From Kudoa neothunni (taxonomy: Eukaryota; Animalia; Cnidaria): a stretch of 64,000 bases of DNA. Of the stretch, positions 1-12,534 are shown in pieces. The DNA lies in NCBI GenBank assembly GCA_964304625.1, contig OZ199839.1:7773166-7837165 (forward strand), read 5' to 3'. Below the pieces are notes generated by a model, which saw nothing but the letters and a program-made list of their open reading frames with translations, was not told the origin of the DNA and did not search any database. The position numbers were made by a program, and so were the translations under genes. How positions within the stretch are numbered: the stretch's first letter is position 1; each line of letters opens with the position of its first letter.

Positions 1-2164
1 CCAATCCGAACGACACAAAACGACTATAGGCCTATTTCAATTACAAAAACCATATATAGGATTTTTATGTCTGTAATTAATACTAAAATTAGATCATTGA
101 TTAACTTTTCACCAAGTCAAAAAGGTTTTATGCCTGGCAAAGGATGTGTTGAACATTCTTATGTCGCGCAAGAAAATTCTTGATGATTATCGACGTGGAT
201 CGAAACGACTTAGCGCTTGTTGGGTTGACCTTCGAAAAGCGTTCGACACGGTACCCCCCCCCCCCCCATTGGATCATTTTGCATTTTTTAACAGTAAGTG
301 AGGTCCCTAATTCAATTGTCAATTTAATCAAACATTTATACACTAATTCCTACTCTAAAATTAAAGACCATTTAGGATAAACCAGTAACATTCTAACGAA
401 CGGTAGAGGAGTGAAACAAGGTTTCCCTTTATCCCCTCTCCTTTTTAATTTAGTCATAGACCCTTTTCTCTGCTTAATTGACCAATCCAAACTAGGCTTT
501 AATCTTAGAGGAAATAACATTGGAGCTCTGTGTTATGCAGACGACATTGTTATTACCTCTAATAATACCAAAAACTGTCAAAAAATCCTTAACATCTACA
601 CACCATCCTAGATCTATGCGATATGCAAGCTAATGTTAAAAAATGCGCTTCTCTCCAAGTCTCTTACAGATCTGGTAGACGTATTATTAACGACCCTAAT
701 ATCCATATCAATTTAACTTTAAATAACGAACCAATCCCACCCCTGGAAGAAAAAATACGTACTTAGGTACGAATAAACATTTGTCATCTCATAAAGATAC
801 AATCCTACAATTTATTCAATCTAAATCTAAATTGACCAAAATTTCAAATAATTTTCTATTCCCCTATATTATATGAATGTGGAAATTTTAAGAACATCTA
901 TTTCCTATTTTAGATTACACTTTAAGATTCAATTGCATAAGAATTGAAGATTTCAAATCTTTAGACTCTTTCGAACTTAAAAATGGTCGCGAATGATTCA
1001 GTCTACTCAACTCCTCATCCACATCCTTTTTCTGCGCACCAATTAAACTTGGTGGTCTAGATTTAAGAAATATCAGCGATAATTTTCGCGCATTAAGATT
1101 AGCTTCTGCTCTAACTGTTCTCAATAGTAATGATGGGAGAGTTGAGAAAATCGCGCAAACTGCTTTAAAAACCATCATAGCTAAAAGATGCCCTCACACT
1201 AATGCGTCTCAAATAACGCCACTACAAACTTTAAACGGTGATTCAGATATTAACAACACCGAAGACATTTGAAACCCTTTGTTCTCTACGGGACTAAATC
1301 GAAAAATTCTTAATCTAGAATTAATGAGCGCCAATGACAATTTTATCATTGGCCTTAATCCATCCACATTATTACGACCTTCGAGCGTTTTTAGAAATCA
1401 GTTATCAGTTCTTACGCGCATAAAGCGACTCCGATGGCATAATAAACGCAAGTTTTTTGATAAATGGCGCCACCAAGTAGATCAGGATAAGACGGTTAAC
1501 TGCATCAGTAGACATGGCATCCAATAATTGGATACAAAACGGTCATATTAGTGACTACAGCCCACTTTGCACTCCATTGCAGGATGAATTTACTCCCTAC
1601 TAAAGCTGTACTTTAAAAAGTGAAAAAGGCCCCAGGCTCTAAATGTCGTCATTTCAGTTGCGAAAATAAAACTCTCGGGCACATTTTTAACTCTTGCAAA
1701 CATATTACCAATTTAATCATGAAACGCCACAATGTCTTAAATTCTCTATCGACTAAAATTAAGCTTCCCAAAAACTGGATCGTGTTTATGGACACCAATT
1801 TTAATGAAAATTCTAAACGCCAACCTGACCTAATTATTCTCAACAGGAAGAAGCATGAAACAATCATACTGGATGTCACAGTAGCTTTTGAAACCGACTC
1901 GGCGAGACTAACTAGCGTTAGAGACGGTAAAATTGCTAAATATCACCAGAACAGCGCCATTCAGAGAGATAAGGTTTTCTGGTATTCCCCTTAGCTTTAG
2001 TTTATTATGGATCACTAATTAGTCACCTAGCTAGTAATTTTGAGTTTTATAAATTACCGGGCCTAAAAAGTAAAGCTATAAAGCGCATTAAAAAGACTGT
2101 TACGACAATAATTCTTGAGGATGGTCACACTATCTATCGTAATAGTTCTAACATTACGCATTAA
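1..2164 (+). mobile_element. Degenerate non-LTR retrotransposon of the R2/RLE type (RT, CCHC zinc knuckle, restriction-like endonuclease); runs off the window start
   Basis: Frameshifted motifs appear in the expected order: DYRPISITKTIYRIF...SQKGFMPG (from ~22), GVKQGFPLSPLLFN, LCYADD, GGLDL, CRHFSCENKTLGHIFNSC, KRHN, RQPDLII...ILDVTVAFE, KIAKY. Confidence 0.88.
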
Positions 2165-2859
2165 GAGGAAGAATATAACCTTCATACATTAAGTTTATTT
2201 TTAATTTCAATTTAACACTGATTAATTTAAACCCGAACAACTCAAAATATTTCAATATGAAAGAATCAAAAGACAACCCAAATTCAAAAGCATCAAAATT
2301 ACAGAACTTTCCTGATATCGAAATAGAGTCTGAAATCGCATATCTTCTATCTTCCCATTAACTCTCCAAAGAATACTTTCGAAATTGCTGCCGTTGACTC
2401 CATAATAATCAATAGAGAAAAACGTATCGAAAACGAAAATCAAATAACCTACAAACCTTTACTCAAATAGAGATAGTTGACAGTGATTATCCTGAGTTAT
2501 ATAATCAAAAATAAATGAGAAAGCATCAGCGGGTTTTAGAAAGTTGCAAGCACTCGTGTGCAAATCGAATGATTCGTCTGCTGATGAACTATACAATGAA
2601 TTTGTTAACTTGGCGACTGTCCAGGCAAAGTCTTTATAAATGTTTAATATTTTAATTTACAAAAACAGAAATCCGCCCAAAAAGAAAAACCACCCTCCAA
2701 TAGCCAACCAATCCGTACCCAAACAAAATCTTAAGATCCATAAGACCCCATCTCATCTTTTACACAATTTTCACAACAGCCACATAAAAATGCACCAAGT
2801 TCAAACTCTCAGTTGTAATAAACAATCTAACCAACAACAAGATTTCTTTACCAATCCAT

Positions 2860-3690
2860 AGGATATAAAAGATGCGAAACTTCTCCGTTCTACTTTCAAA
2901 TTGAATATCAAGAAATATGTTTGAGAAATTACGCAAACATTACCTAAATGGTGCCAACTATTTACCAATTAAACCTCAGAATCCCTCAAGCTACCCATCC
3001 CAACGCTACCTGGACATTTTTGAGAATTGCCAGATATCCGGAAACACCATAGTGCAAATAAGGATCAACTACTTAAAAATCAATGAAATGACGAGGCTAG
3101 TAGACATACTTTCAGGTATCTTCGTTATCGCGTGTATTCGTAGTTTTTCGATGTTCACATGTATTTTTCTCTATGTTGTTCGCGCATTGGTTCGCTGTTC
3201 CTTCTTTGTCTTTAATTCCAAAAATCATTAAGAGAAACACTTCAACTTGATATTGAGATGGTAACGGACACCACGATCAACTTCCTCGATCTGAACTTTA
3301 TAAAAATACCAAATTCAACAAAGTTATTGTATACCACAAACTACAAGTTGACTCACTCGTTTAATTTCATTCATTCTGCCCCATCGTACCCACAATCCAA
3401 CAAAAGAGCAATTATATCCTCACAGATTCTTCGCAATCTGCGCACAAATGCTTCCCTAACAGAGGACGTTTTTGTGAATCTGTTGAATAACAAATGTATA
3501 AGTTTGGGCTACAGTGAAAAAATTATCCAAAGGATGAAAACGGAGGAATGGTCCTCGTTCCGCTTAAACCCCTCATAAACTAATGTCGACGATCAGCCTA
3601 TAACCAACCGACCCCCATGCGAATGGAACTTATCAACTTAGAAAATTTGTCCGCATGATTTTCCAGTCCACCCTTCATTGAACCGAGCCT
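2860..3690 (+). mobile_element. Penelope-like retroelement RT fragments (internally deleted)
   Basis: INFLDL...YTTNYKLTHSFNFIHSAPSYPQSNKRAIISSQILR...LGYS (3258-3578) resembles the PLE RT thumb and C-terminal region. The core RT is not seen. Confidence 0.5.
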
Positions 3691-5600
3691 CGGTTATAAT
3701 GCAAAAATTAATCCTGAACTGGAACCTATGTATTGCTTTTTCACAGTATAGAAAGACAGAGGCGTGCTTGCTCAAAACAGCGCCAAATTTCAACAGAAAT
3801 CATTATCTGATCTGGGCTTTGTGTCAACTGACAAACCAATTTTGCAAGCATCCTACGAAATATCATTTTTGATTGGAAAACTAAGAAAGCCTCATACAAT
3901 TGGCGAATCATTAATTAAGCCAGCTGCGATTAAAATGGCAAATATCCTTATAGGTAAGGCTGTCGAAACTAAATTTCCCCAAGTTTCTCTCCCAGTAATA
4001 CTGTGCGATGCAGAATTATAGATATGAGCAATGAAATACTGTCGCAAATACTGGAATAACTGATTTCAAGCCCACTAAAATTTAGCCTCCAACATGACGA
4101 AACTACGGATATTGTTATGTGCCAGCTTTCTGTATTTGTGATATATTTCCACCAAAATTCCATAAAAGAAGAAATCATATTCTGTAGACTTCCCAAGAAG
4201 ACGACAAGAGCATTTGATATAAAAAAATGGTTGATGACTTTCTCCAAGAACATCAACTTATATGGGATATGATGTCTACTATATGTAATGATGATGCTCC
4301 TTCCATGCTTGGAAAAACTCTGGTTTTGGGTCTTTAGTGAAAGCTGATGCTCCGCATATAATTACAACACACTGTATTTTTCATTGACATGCGTTGGCCG
4401 TGAAAACCTTTCTCCGAAACTCAAATTTGTATTGGATACTGTTGTTGAATATGTGAATTACGTGCGAAAAAGTGCATTAAATCATAATTTTTAAGGATTT
4501 ATGAAATGAGTTGGGCTCGGATTTTGAAACACTTTATACCATTCAAATGTTCGATGATGGTTGTCTAAGGGAACGAAAGCATCAACATGCCCATCATTTT
4601 TCCGATGCAAAATTTGTTATTACATTGGCATATATGACTAATATCTTGAATACTCTGAACCAGCTCAATCTTCAAATGCAAGGAGGTGGAATAAATATAA
4701 TCGAAGTTGAAGAAGAGGTTCTAGGGTTTCTTAAAAAATTAGTTCTAAGGATGCGCAGGGTACAAAATGGGAACTTTGCTAATTTTCCTTTGCTGGATGA
4801 TTGCACTAGTAATTTTGAAGATATCTGTGGGTTTTCAGATGTTTCTATACTCGATAACGTGAAGACTCAATTGTTTTACATTTAAATAAGCTAAGAAAAT
4901 CCGTTGAAGGATATTTTCCAAGACATATCCTATCCAACATGGATAAGACAACTATTTCTGTTTTCAGTATCATCGTCTGATGTAAATAATATATATTTGG
5001 ATGGATTAATTAGTTTACAACAACAAAAACTGTAACAATGATTATTCAATACTTCAACATTATCCAATTTTTGGTGTAATTAAGCAACAAATTACCCATT
5101 GGTTGCAAATACTGCCCTTAACCTAATCGTCCCATTTCTATCAACATACCTATGTGAACAATCATTCTCGACTTTATTGGATATTAGAACAAAAAAACGA
5201 AACGGGCTTGAATGTGGTAATGACATGAGAATAGCGTTAACCAAAGTTGAACCTAGAATTTTAAAAATAATTAATGAAAAACAGAAGCAAATTTCACATT
5301 AGTTTTTATTTATATATCTGTTTTTATTTTCTGTAATGCGAAAATCATAGGTAACTTTCCAAATTTTAATATTATGTTTTGTTTAATAGGGGTTACACGG
5401 ATTTAAAATTGTTAACAAATAAATTTTTGAAACTTTAGATAATTATGGCGCATAAAAATGTATTTATTACTTTTAAACTAAACGGACTGATGGCTTTATA
5501 AAATGACGGAAAAACATGCTATTATAACAGGGAGGGATTCAATAGAGATTTTTTAGGATCTATATGGGTTAGATGAGGTATGAAAGGTTGGGGACCATTG
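3690..5600 (+). mobile_element. Degenerate hAT (Buster/Charlie, ZBED8/FAM200-like) DNA transposon with its 3' TIR
   Basis: Motifs KPHTIGESLIKPAA, SLQHDETTD, DDAPSMLG, THCIFH, LAYMTNILNTLNQLNLQMQG and PFLSTYLCEQSFS, broken by stops and frameshifts. The end AAGGTTGGGGACCATTG (5584-5600) is the reverse complement of a CAxTGGTCCCCAACCTT-type TIR. Confidence 0.88.
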
Positions 5601-5613
5601 CATTATGGGTTAA

Positions 5614-6512
5614 CCTTCCGAGCGCCTCAAAATCGACTATGCATACATACACTTGGTGATTTGGGGTAAACTTGACTCCAGGCGGTTATTGCATCGTTAA
5701 ATGCAATAAATAGTTATGCAATCATATGTAAATTCAATAAAAATTTATCGAAAAACTTCTGCCGTATTCTTACCAAGATTTACACTGCGTATATACAAAA
5801 TAATTCGAATATGTGTGAATTTGTTGGCGCAACCTGTGTTTTGTCGACTTGGACCTTATTGTAACGAATTAATGAGATAAATAATGTTTGACGTGTAAAA
5901 ATAGTTCAATTTCTTCTTTTACTAGAAATATTGATAAATCAAACTCATTTGTGAAGTGAGTAACATTAGTCTTCTCACAAAACACATAAATCCTCATTTT
6001 CATCGTCAGATTCACCAGAATTTGAATTTCGAAAATTAAAATAAGTGGCATAACATAATTTGTTAGAATCGCTCTCATAATCAGTGAAAAAAATCTCATC
6101 AAAGTCTTCCTTAGGCTTTTGTCAGCATGCTTCGGGTACATTCGTGCGAATGGCGCGGTAAAACGGATGCCTCCGTGTCATCGCGTATGACATCGTTTAC
6201 ATGTTTTCCTTATTTTCTCAATATTCTGCCCACAGAATTTAACCAAATTCAACCATTCATTTCTTTAAAAATTCTGTTACCATTGAAAACAATAAAAACC
6301 CTGGGGTCAAATAGACCCCAAAAATACTAAATGTGTGATTATTTTGTTTATCGTTGTTTATTCTATTTTTTCAAATTTTTATTAAATAATTATAAATACT
6401 ATTTATTTTAGGAGTATACACTGGATATTACAATTGTTAAATTCTTTTATGTATATAAAATTTGTAATACAATAGGCTCTGGAGTCAAATTGACCCCAGA
6501 AACTTCGGAAGG
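5614..6512. mobile_element. Non-autonomous piggyBac-like element
   Basis: Ends read TTAA|CCTTCCGAG ... TTCGGAAGG|TTAC. Subterminal quasi-palindromes GGGGTAAACTTGACTCC (~5663), GGGGTCAAATAGACCCC (~6303) and GGAGTCAAATTGACCCC (~6481). Confidence 0.7.
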
Positions 6513-6719
6513 TTACAGAACATCAACGATTTTTTGGTTTGGCAAATTAATATTGGAAATTTGTTATTGTGTTTCCTAAAATTGCATTTTCAGTGTATGT
6601 ATGAATTACATAAAGAAGAAAAACTTGAGGTGGACGCGAAATGTGATGATAGTTTAAATACATTAAAAAAATTTATTGAATTACTCATTAAATAGATCCA
6701 CCTTCACCCGACCCCTTAA

Positions 6720-7800
6720 TAACTTGGTATACATGCATGTAATGAAACTACTGGGGTAGTTGTATCCAAAATAATCAATGGAATTGGAAAAAACTATTAC
6801 ATTTGCTATTCATTGCTCATTAAACAAAGAAAAATTATGACATTACAAGAAAATAGACGTTTACTCTTGTTTGTTATTGAAAATATTTCAAATCATGTCT
6901 GATTGGAATAACATTCATATGTACGAAAAGACCGCAATTTTTAACCCGGTTTACCGTCGAAATACCCAACAGGTCAGATAGCTAGGTGGTTAGAACAATC
7001 GTCAGAATATGTCCTGCAAATTAGTCATAAATCCGGTAGAGATCATATCAACGCAGATACAACGTCCGGGCTATCAAATATGTCTCGTGGTATAGACAAA
7101 TGGAATATCAAGTGAAAAAAAATTGAATAACACAAAGAGACGATATTATATTGAAGAAGAGAATTGAATGGTTTGTAAAAAAATTTTTCCCAAAAATTTT
7201 ACAGAAAATCAAGTCTATCGTAGGTACATAAGTTATGGATGGTTAGAAATACCTTAAAAGTAATCGATGGTGTTCTTCATAGAAAATTTTAAGATATGAA
7301 AACTCTAAATATTATGCTATGGTTAATTATTCCAGTTAAAGTAAGAGGTACGTTCTTTGGGCTGGTCCATGATACTATAACATATAGAAATCTTTGTCAA
7401 AATAGGCCAAAGAACAAAAGATTGATTATATCAGCCTTATCAAAGAAAAGATTGGTGTGAGTTGTATGCTAAATGTGTAAAAAGAAAAGCAATAACGAAT
7501 AAATGTTCATGAAAATTGTCAAAAACTACCCTAAGATATTATATGGAAATAATGATACTTAATATAATTAGCGCTCCTGAACGAACCCATAAAACAAACT
7601 AAATTGATATATTTTTATCGTTCAAGACTTACTAAAGAAACTGAAGGCTTCGGAGTCAAAAAACAAATGGCCAAAACCATTACATTAGCAAAAATTTAAT
7701 GAATAATGTTTCCGTTGGATTTGAAGTACCCAAAAATTATACATACTAAGGAACTAAGTTTGAATCAAAATTTCTGAATGTGTAAATTAATAGGTATATT
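6720..7800 (+). mobile_element. Decayed Ty3/Gypsy LTR-retrotransposon pol fragment (RNase H to integrase)
   Basis: PTGQIARWLEQSSEYVLQISHKSGRDHINADTTS at ~6966-7068 matches the gypsy RNase H end motif (ARWxxxLxxYxxxIxHxxGxxxxxADxLS). A degenerate PKIIHT-x-GTKFES integrase-like stretch lies near 7730-7770. Confidence 0.75.
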
Positions 7801-8333
7801 GAGAACACGAAGGTAACCAAGAAATAATCGATATAACGGAAATTATAAATGTATTAATATAACAAATATTATGTTAAGCAGATTTTCGGAAAATCGTATC
7901 TGTAATGAACTTTTAAGATTTTTAATGATAATCTAGAACAGCGGTTCCCTACAAATTTTACTCTCGCACCCCAGGCAGCTGCCGAAACTATGTTTGCATC
8001 AAATCTTAATTCACAGTAAAAAGGATTAAAGACAATCAGTTTTCTAATTCGACCTTTATTACAATTTAAATTTATATATTTCAAATTTAAAGTATAAACT
8101 CTTCTTAGGATTAATCGAATTTTATAAAAATACAGATTGGAAAAAACGTTTAAGTTTTCTTGATTAATTTTCCATATTTAAACTTTAAAATACACAAAAA
8201 TATTTGGTATTTTATTTTTAGATTTTACTATGAAAATCCAGATAAATCTATTTTTTTAAATCATTTACGTACAGTGTTCAAAATAGGAATGAAATGGGAA
8301 TGCAAAGAAATCAATAAATCTATTGAAATAACT

Positions 8334-9430
8334 TTATAGAAATAAAAAAAAGGATAAAATATTTTTTGACTGTCTACTTTCTTGTTCTTTGCGATCGTTA
8401 AATAACATTTCAAATCGTGGTTCTTTGTTAGTTAATGAGATTCGCAAATCATTCTCAGGATTTAACAAATTTCTATATTTGTTTTCTATATGCACCAAAA
8501 ATGAAAAATCTGACTCACACAACCAAGTTGTAGAAAATGGGATTAGAATATTCAACGCTCGCTTTGCAAGGAATGCATAAGCAGTCTGAGCATGACACCA
8601 AAATTTTTCAAGTGTATTTTAGTCATATATGAGTTTCATCGCTTGACATTCATGCAAATCAATTAGCTCTTCTATATCGTGATCGTCATTACACATATTT
8701 TCAAATTTAAACGAAAATGGGTTGATGATCCAAACGTCAGATGCGTCCAAATTTCCTGTCGAAAAATACCCATCAAATGAGAGAATCAACGCTATAAGGT
8801 GATAAACAATGTCAGACATTATATTTTATCCAAATTTTTGATTATCTTCAAACTGAAGAATTTCATCTTGAATCCTTAAGCTCCACAAAAGTAATTTCCT
8901 ACGAAATGCACGCAGTTTTTCAGTCAGAGGCTGTCACAATATTCATGTCCTTCCCTTGAATTGAATAACTCAAATCGTTAAAATGTAAAAATATATCATT
9001 CAAGTAGGCCAGTATTATTAAAAAGTTTGGCTCCTCAAAAGCTTCAACCAGCTCTGATTTTTGTCTACTTAAAAATTCTTGAATTTCATTTCTAAGGCTA
9101 AAAAATCTTTCCAAGACTTTACCTCGAGAAAGCCATCTAACTTCGATATGAAATAGTAGAACTGAAGAATCAGCATCAAGTTCACTGCAAAATGCCTTGA
9201 ACAATCGATGATTTAATGCTCTTCCGCGAATAAAATCGATAATTTTCACACACGTATCCATAATTCTTTTAAAATTATCCGGTATAGTTTTAGACATCAA
9301 CGCGTGGCGATGAAGGAAACAATGTGTAATCAAAACATCTGGTACTTCATTTCTGATTAATGAAACAAACCAGATCTATTACCTAGCATGGCTGGAGCTC
9401 CATCAGTACAAACAGACCCAATTCGACCAT
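8334..9430 (-). mobile_element. Second degenerate hAT (Buster/FAM200-like) transposase, 3' half
   Basis: CTDGAPAMLG, THCFLHRHAL, HIEVRWLSRGKVLERF, LAYLNDIF and PFSTTWLCESDFS across frameshifted ORFs. Confidence 0.88.
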
Positions 9431-10070
9431 TGTTTAACGAGCCAATCATACAGCTCATCACCATCTATATTTTTAATTTCCCCTAAAAATGTTTCCATTT
9501 AGTTTCAATATCCGTATTTTTGAATTTATCTTCGTGTGAATGAATTCTATCAATTTTTAAATGACCTTAAACATGACAATGTATTAATATTCAAAATAGA
9601 TCATTATATCACTCAATTTAAACTTAGAAATTGTCACCTTTTCGATGACTTCCAATATTTTTATCGAATTATAACAATCAATGATTTCTCTTTTTTTCCT
9701 ATTTATTACGGTTTTAACGGAGCATAATGAAGAAAATACCTCTATTTTTAAATAGATGGGTTACTTAAACTACGCAATCACGAGACTTTATATATAAATA
9801 AAAAAAAATTATTTTTTAATATTAATAATGATTATGAAATGATAAAATAATAACAATACCAAAAAACTAAGTTTCTCTCTAAAAAGAATAACGTCGAAAT
9901 TTTGGAATTACGCAATATCCAGTCAAGTAGTATCCAATCTCGATTGTAGTTATGTTTATAATCTAAGCAAATAAATAGTTGTAAATAGGCAAATCAAGAC
10001 CGATACCTAAGTCTAAAATGTGATTAGTAATTGTTAATAATATACGTGGGTGACAACGAAGGTACTTTAA

Positions 10071-10145
10071 TCTTCCGAGCGCTCCGAAAATTACTATACA
10101 TTTAGTGCTTTTGGGGCTATGTATGACCCCAAAACTCTCGGAAGG
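10071..10145. mobile_element. 75-bp piggyBac-like mini-MITE, same family as 5614-6512
   Basis: TTAA|TCTTCCGAGCGC ... GGGGCTATGTATGACCCC ... CTCGGAAGG|TTAA, with TTAA on both sides. Confidence 0.7.
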
Positions 10146-10864
10146 TTAAATTATTATAACAAAAATTATGCTAACTGTATATATCTAATACAAATACGAC
10201 AATCTTATTATAACAATGAACTGTATACAGTTCATTATATATATAATAATATTTGTACCATTTATAATTTTGTATGGTCTAAAACTTAAATTTAAACATG
10301 AAATAATTTCGTTAAACGTGTATGATAAGGTGGTAGATGCATATAGTTGAGAGAATTAATTTTTTTTAATGTATATCATTCGCAAAACATGTTCCAACAG
10401 TATTTCTCGTACTTTTCCAAATACACTTTGAAAATGGAAGCATTATTAATAATAATAATATATTAGTGAAACTCTCAAATGTTAGCAATAAGAAAGCCAA
10501 ACACATTCACAATCCCCCCTTTATAAATAATAAATATATGTCGGCGTAATATTTTATTAGAATGGACTAATCGAAATTATCCACCGTAGATGTAGCAGCC
10601 ATTACCGTTGAGGTAAGATTTGATATTAGAATATACCGGCCAAGATTCTTTTTTGGTATCAGTATATTTAATGTTATTTTTTTCTTAAGGTGTCACGTAC
10701 CCAACGTATAATCGTCATAACAATTAAATGGTAATAACTATGTTTAATTAACGAATAATTAGACCAAACCTTCATTATTGAAATTGCAACAGATTTTTAC
10801 ATTCGATTTTGAGTGATTCTCACCCCCTAGGATAGCCTCCCGCATCCCCTGTAGGGAACCACTG

Positions 10865-11149
10865 GTTTATGCCATTCAAACACTCTACTTCTACTCATGG
10901 AATTGTCTAAAAATTCTTTTTGAATCATTGCATAAATTTCGGTATTTCTTTTCCCAAGTTTCACATAGAATTTAATACAAATCCTTTGCTCGTGGTTTTC
11001 TGGCATTCTTGCGAGCGACGTCGGCCCATTCCTCAACTTAAACAACTAGCTGTCATATTTTATTTTATAAAATATTTTTTTTAAATTACATCTTTGTCAT
11101 ATGAGGAGATATTTAAAAAGTCTCGATACTTTTTGATCAGCCCATGTAT
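10865..11149 (-). mobile_element. 5' fragment of a mariner element, cut off by a hAT-type terminus
   Basis: Mos1-type HTH EQRICIKFYVKLGKRNTEIYAMIQKEF...MSRSRVFEWHK. Mariner-like TIR (reverse complement TACATGGGCTGATCAAAAAGTATCGAGA) at ~11121-11148. Homology stops at GGGAACCACTG (10854-10864), a hAT-like CAGTGGTTCCC end. Confidence 0.75.
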
Positions 11150-11329
11150 AACCACATTTGAAACATTAACAGCACAATAATATTTGTTAATACTATTCAA
11201 ATTAATTAATTCAACAGCGCCTCATATTAGGAAGTAATGATACCATTTTTAAGATTTATTCATTTCATGCATTTGATATTTCATATCATGCGAAACCTTA
11301 GATTCTGATACCCAAACGAATTTAATATA

Positions 11330-12534
11330 CAGTAGTGTATGGATCTTACGCAATTTTTAAAAATTTACATGTTTACCATTTATTTTGGTTTAATTCAAAT
11401 TCAAATAGATAGTTCAATACAAAATAAATTATTTGTCGATAGATAATTGGTTTTCAACAAAATATTAGGGTTGAAAAATTACTGTATGGATCTGACGCAA
11501 AAATGACTCAAGCGTAGCGCTTAATCGGAACTTTGCAAAAAATAATGGATAGATCGTCAATTTTTGCGGAACGAAACCGCTTTACACTATCAAAAAACTC
11601 GAAATTATAAGGTTTTATGAGTTCATATCATATAATAAAGATGCTAAGTTCCAAGTGATGGAAAAATTTGCCAACAAAAAAGAATGATAATAAAAAGGTC
11701 TAAATGAACGGTTGCATTTTTGTGTCTTTTCTTGAAAAATAGAATATGCAACTCACTATTTCTCGGCTATTTCCTAGCCCACAAAAAATGTTTGTCTAAT
11801 GTATGATTTCTACTTTTCTTCGAACACAGCCACTGGATCATGGAATTGTTAAAGTTTTAAAATGATGCACAAAAGAATTCCAATGACGTCATTCGTACAT
11901 GAGACCGAATTTCAAGATATTGCCTAAATTGTAACTAATACCTTGGATGTTACTCATTCGACAATAAAATTATGGGAATACATTAAAAATGGAACCATAG
12001 TTAGCTGTTTTAGGAAATAATTTTTCCTCTCTGAAAATCCACTAGATGATGTTCCTGATGATAAATTAACATGACATAATTGAGCTGATTGGAGATGAGA
12101 AATCATTAGAATTAACAAATATTATTGATGAAACTCTTGGAAGCAACATAGTCGACACTTCTGAAATTTTGAAAACACGAGATTTTCCTGATTTTGACAT
12201 CGTTGATGACGACATTGATTAAATTGATAAAGTTATTATATCAAACCAAGAGTAATTATATTAATTGGCAAAAGTTAAAAAACTCTTTCTAAATAAAATT
12301 TTGTCAATGCTTGACAGTATAAACCGAACTCAAAATGGCTGACTCAATATTTGAACAGTTTTTTAAGAACAAAAAATATACAAGCTAATTTTTGCTCCAA
12401 ATTAATTTATTATAGACGGAAAACTGTTAGTTTTGGCCGAACGCATGCATTATTCGAATGTGTCCAGCGCAAAAATGGATACAACGCAGTGGTTTTCATC
12501 TTTTCAATTTCTGCGTTACATCCATACACTACTG
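11330..12534 (+). mobile_element. Pogo/Tigger-like DNA transposon, internally deleted
   Basis: 23-bp TIRs TA|CAGTAGTGTATGGATCTTACGCA and TGCGTTACATCCATACACTACTG|TG. Internal TQPLDHGIVKVLK (~11824-11862) matches the pogo QPxDxGI motif. Confidence 0.8.

Noticed and set aside
254-268. Poly-C run (a second one at 18785-18800)
   Set aside because: Simple homopolymers within decayed TEs, probably slippage or sequencing inflation. No evidence of function.
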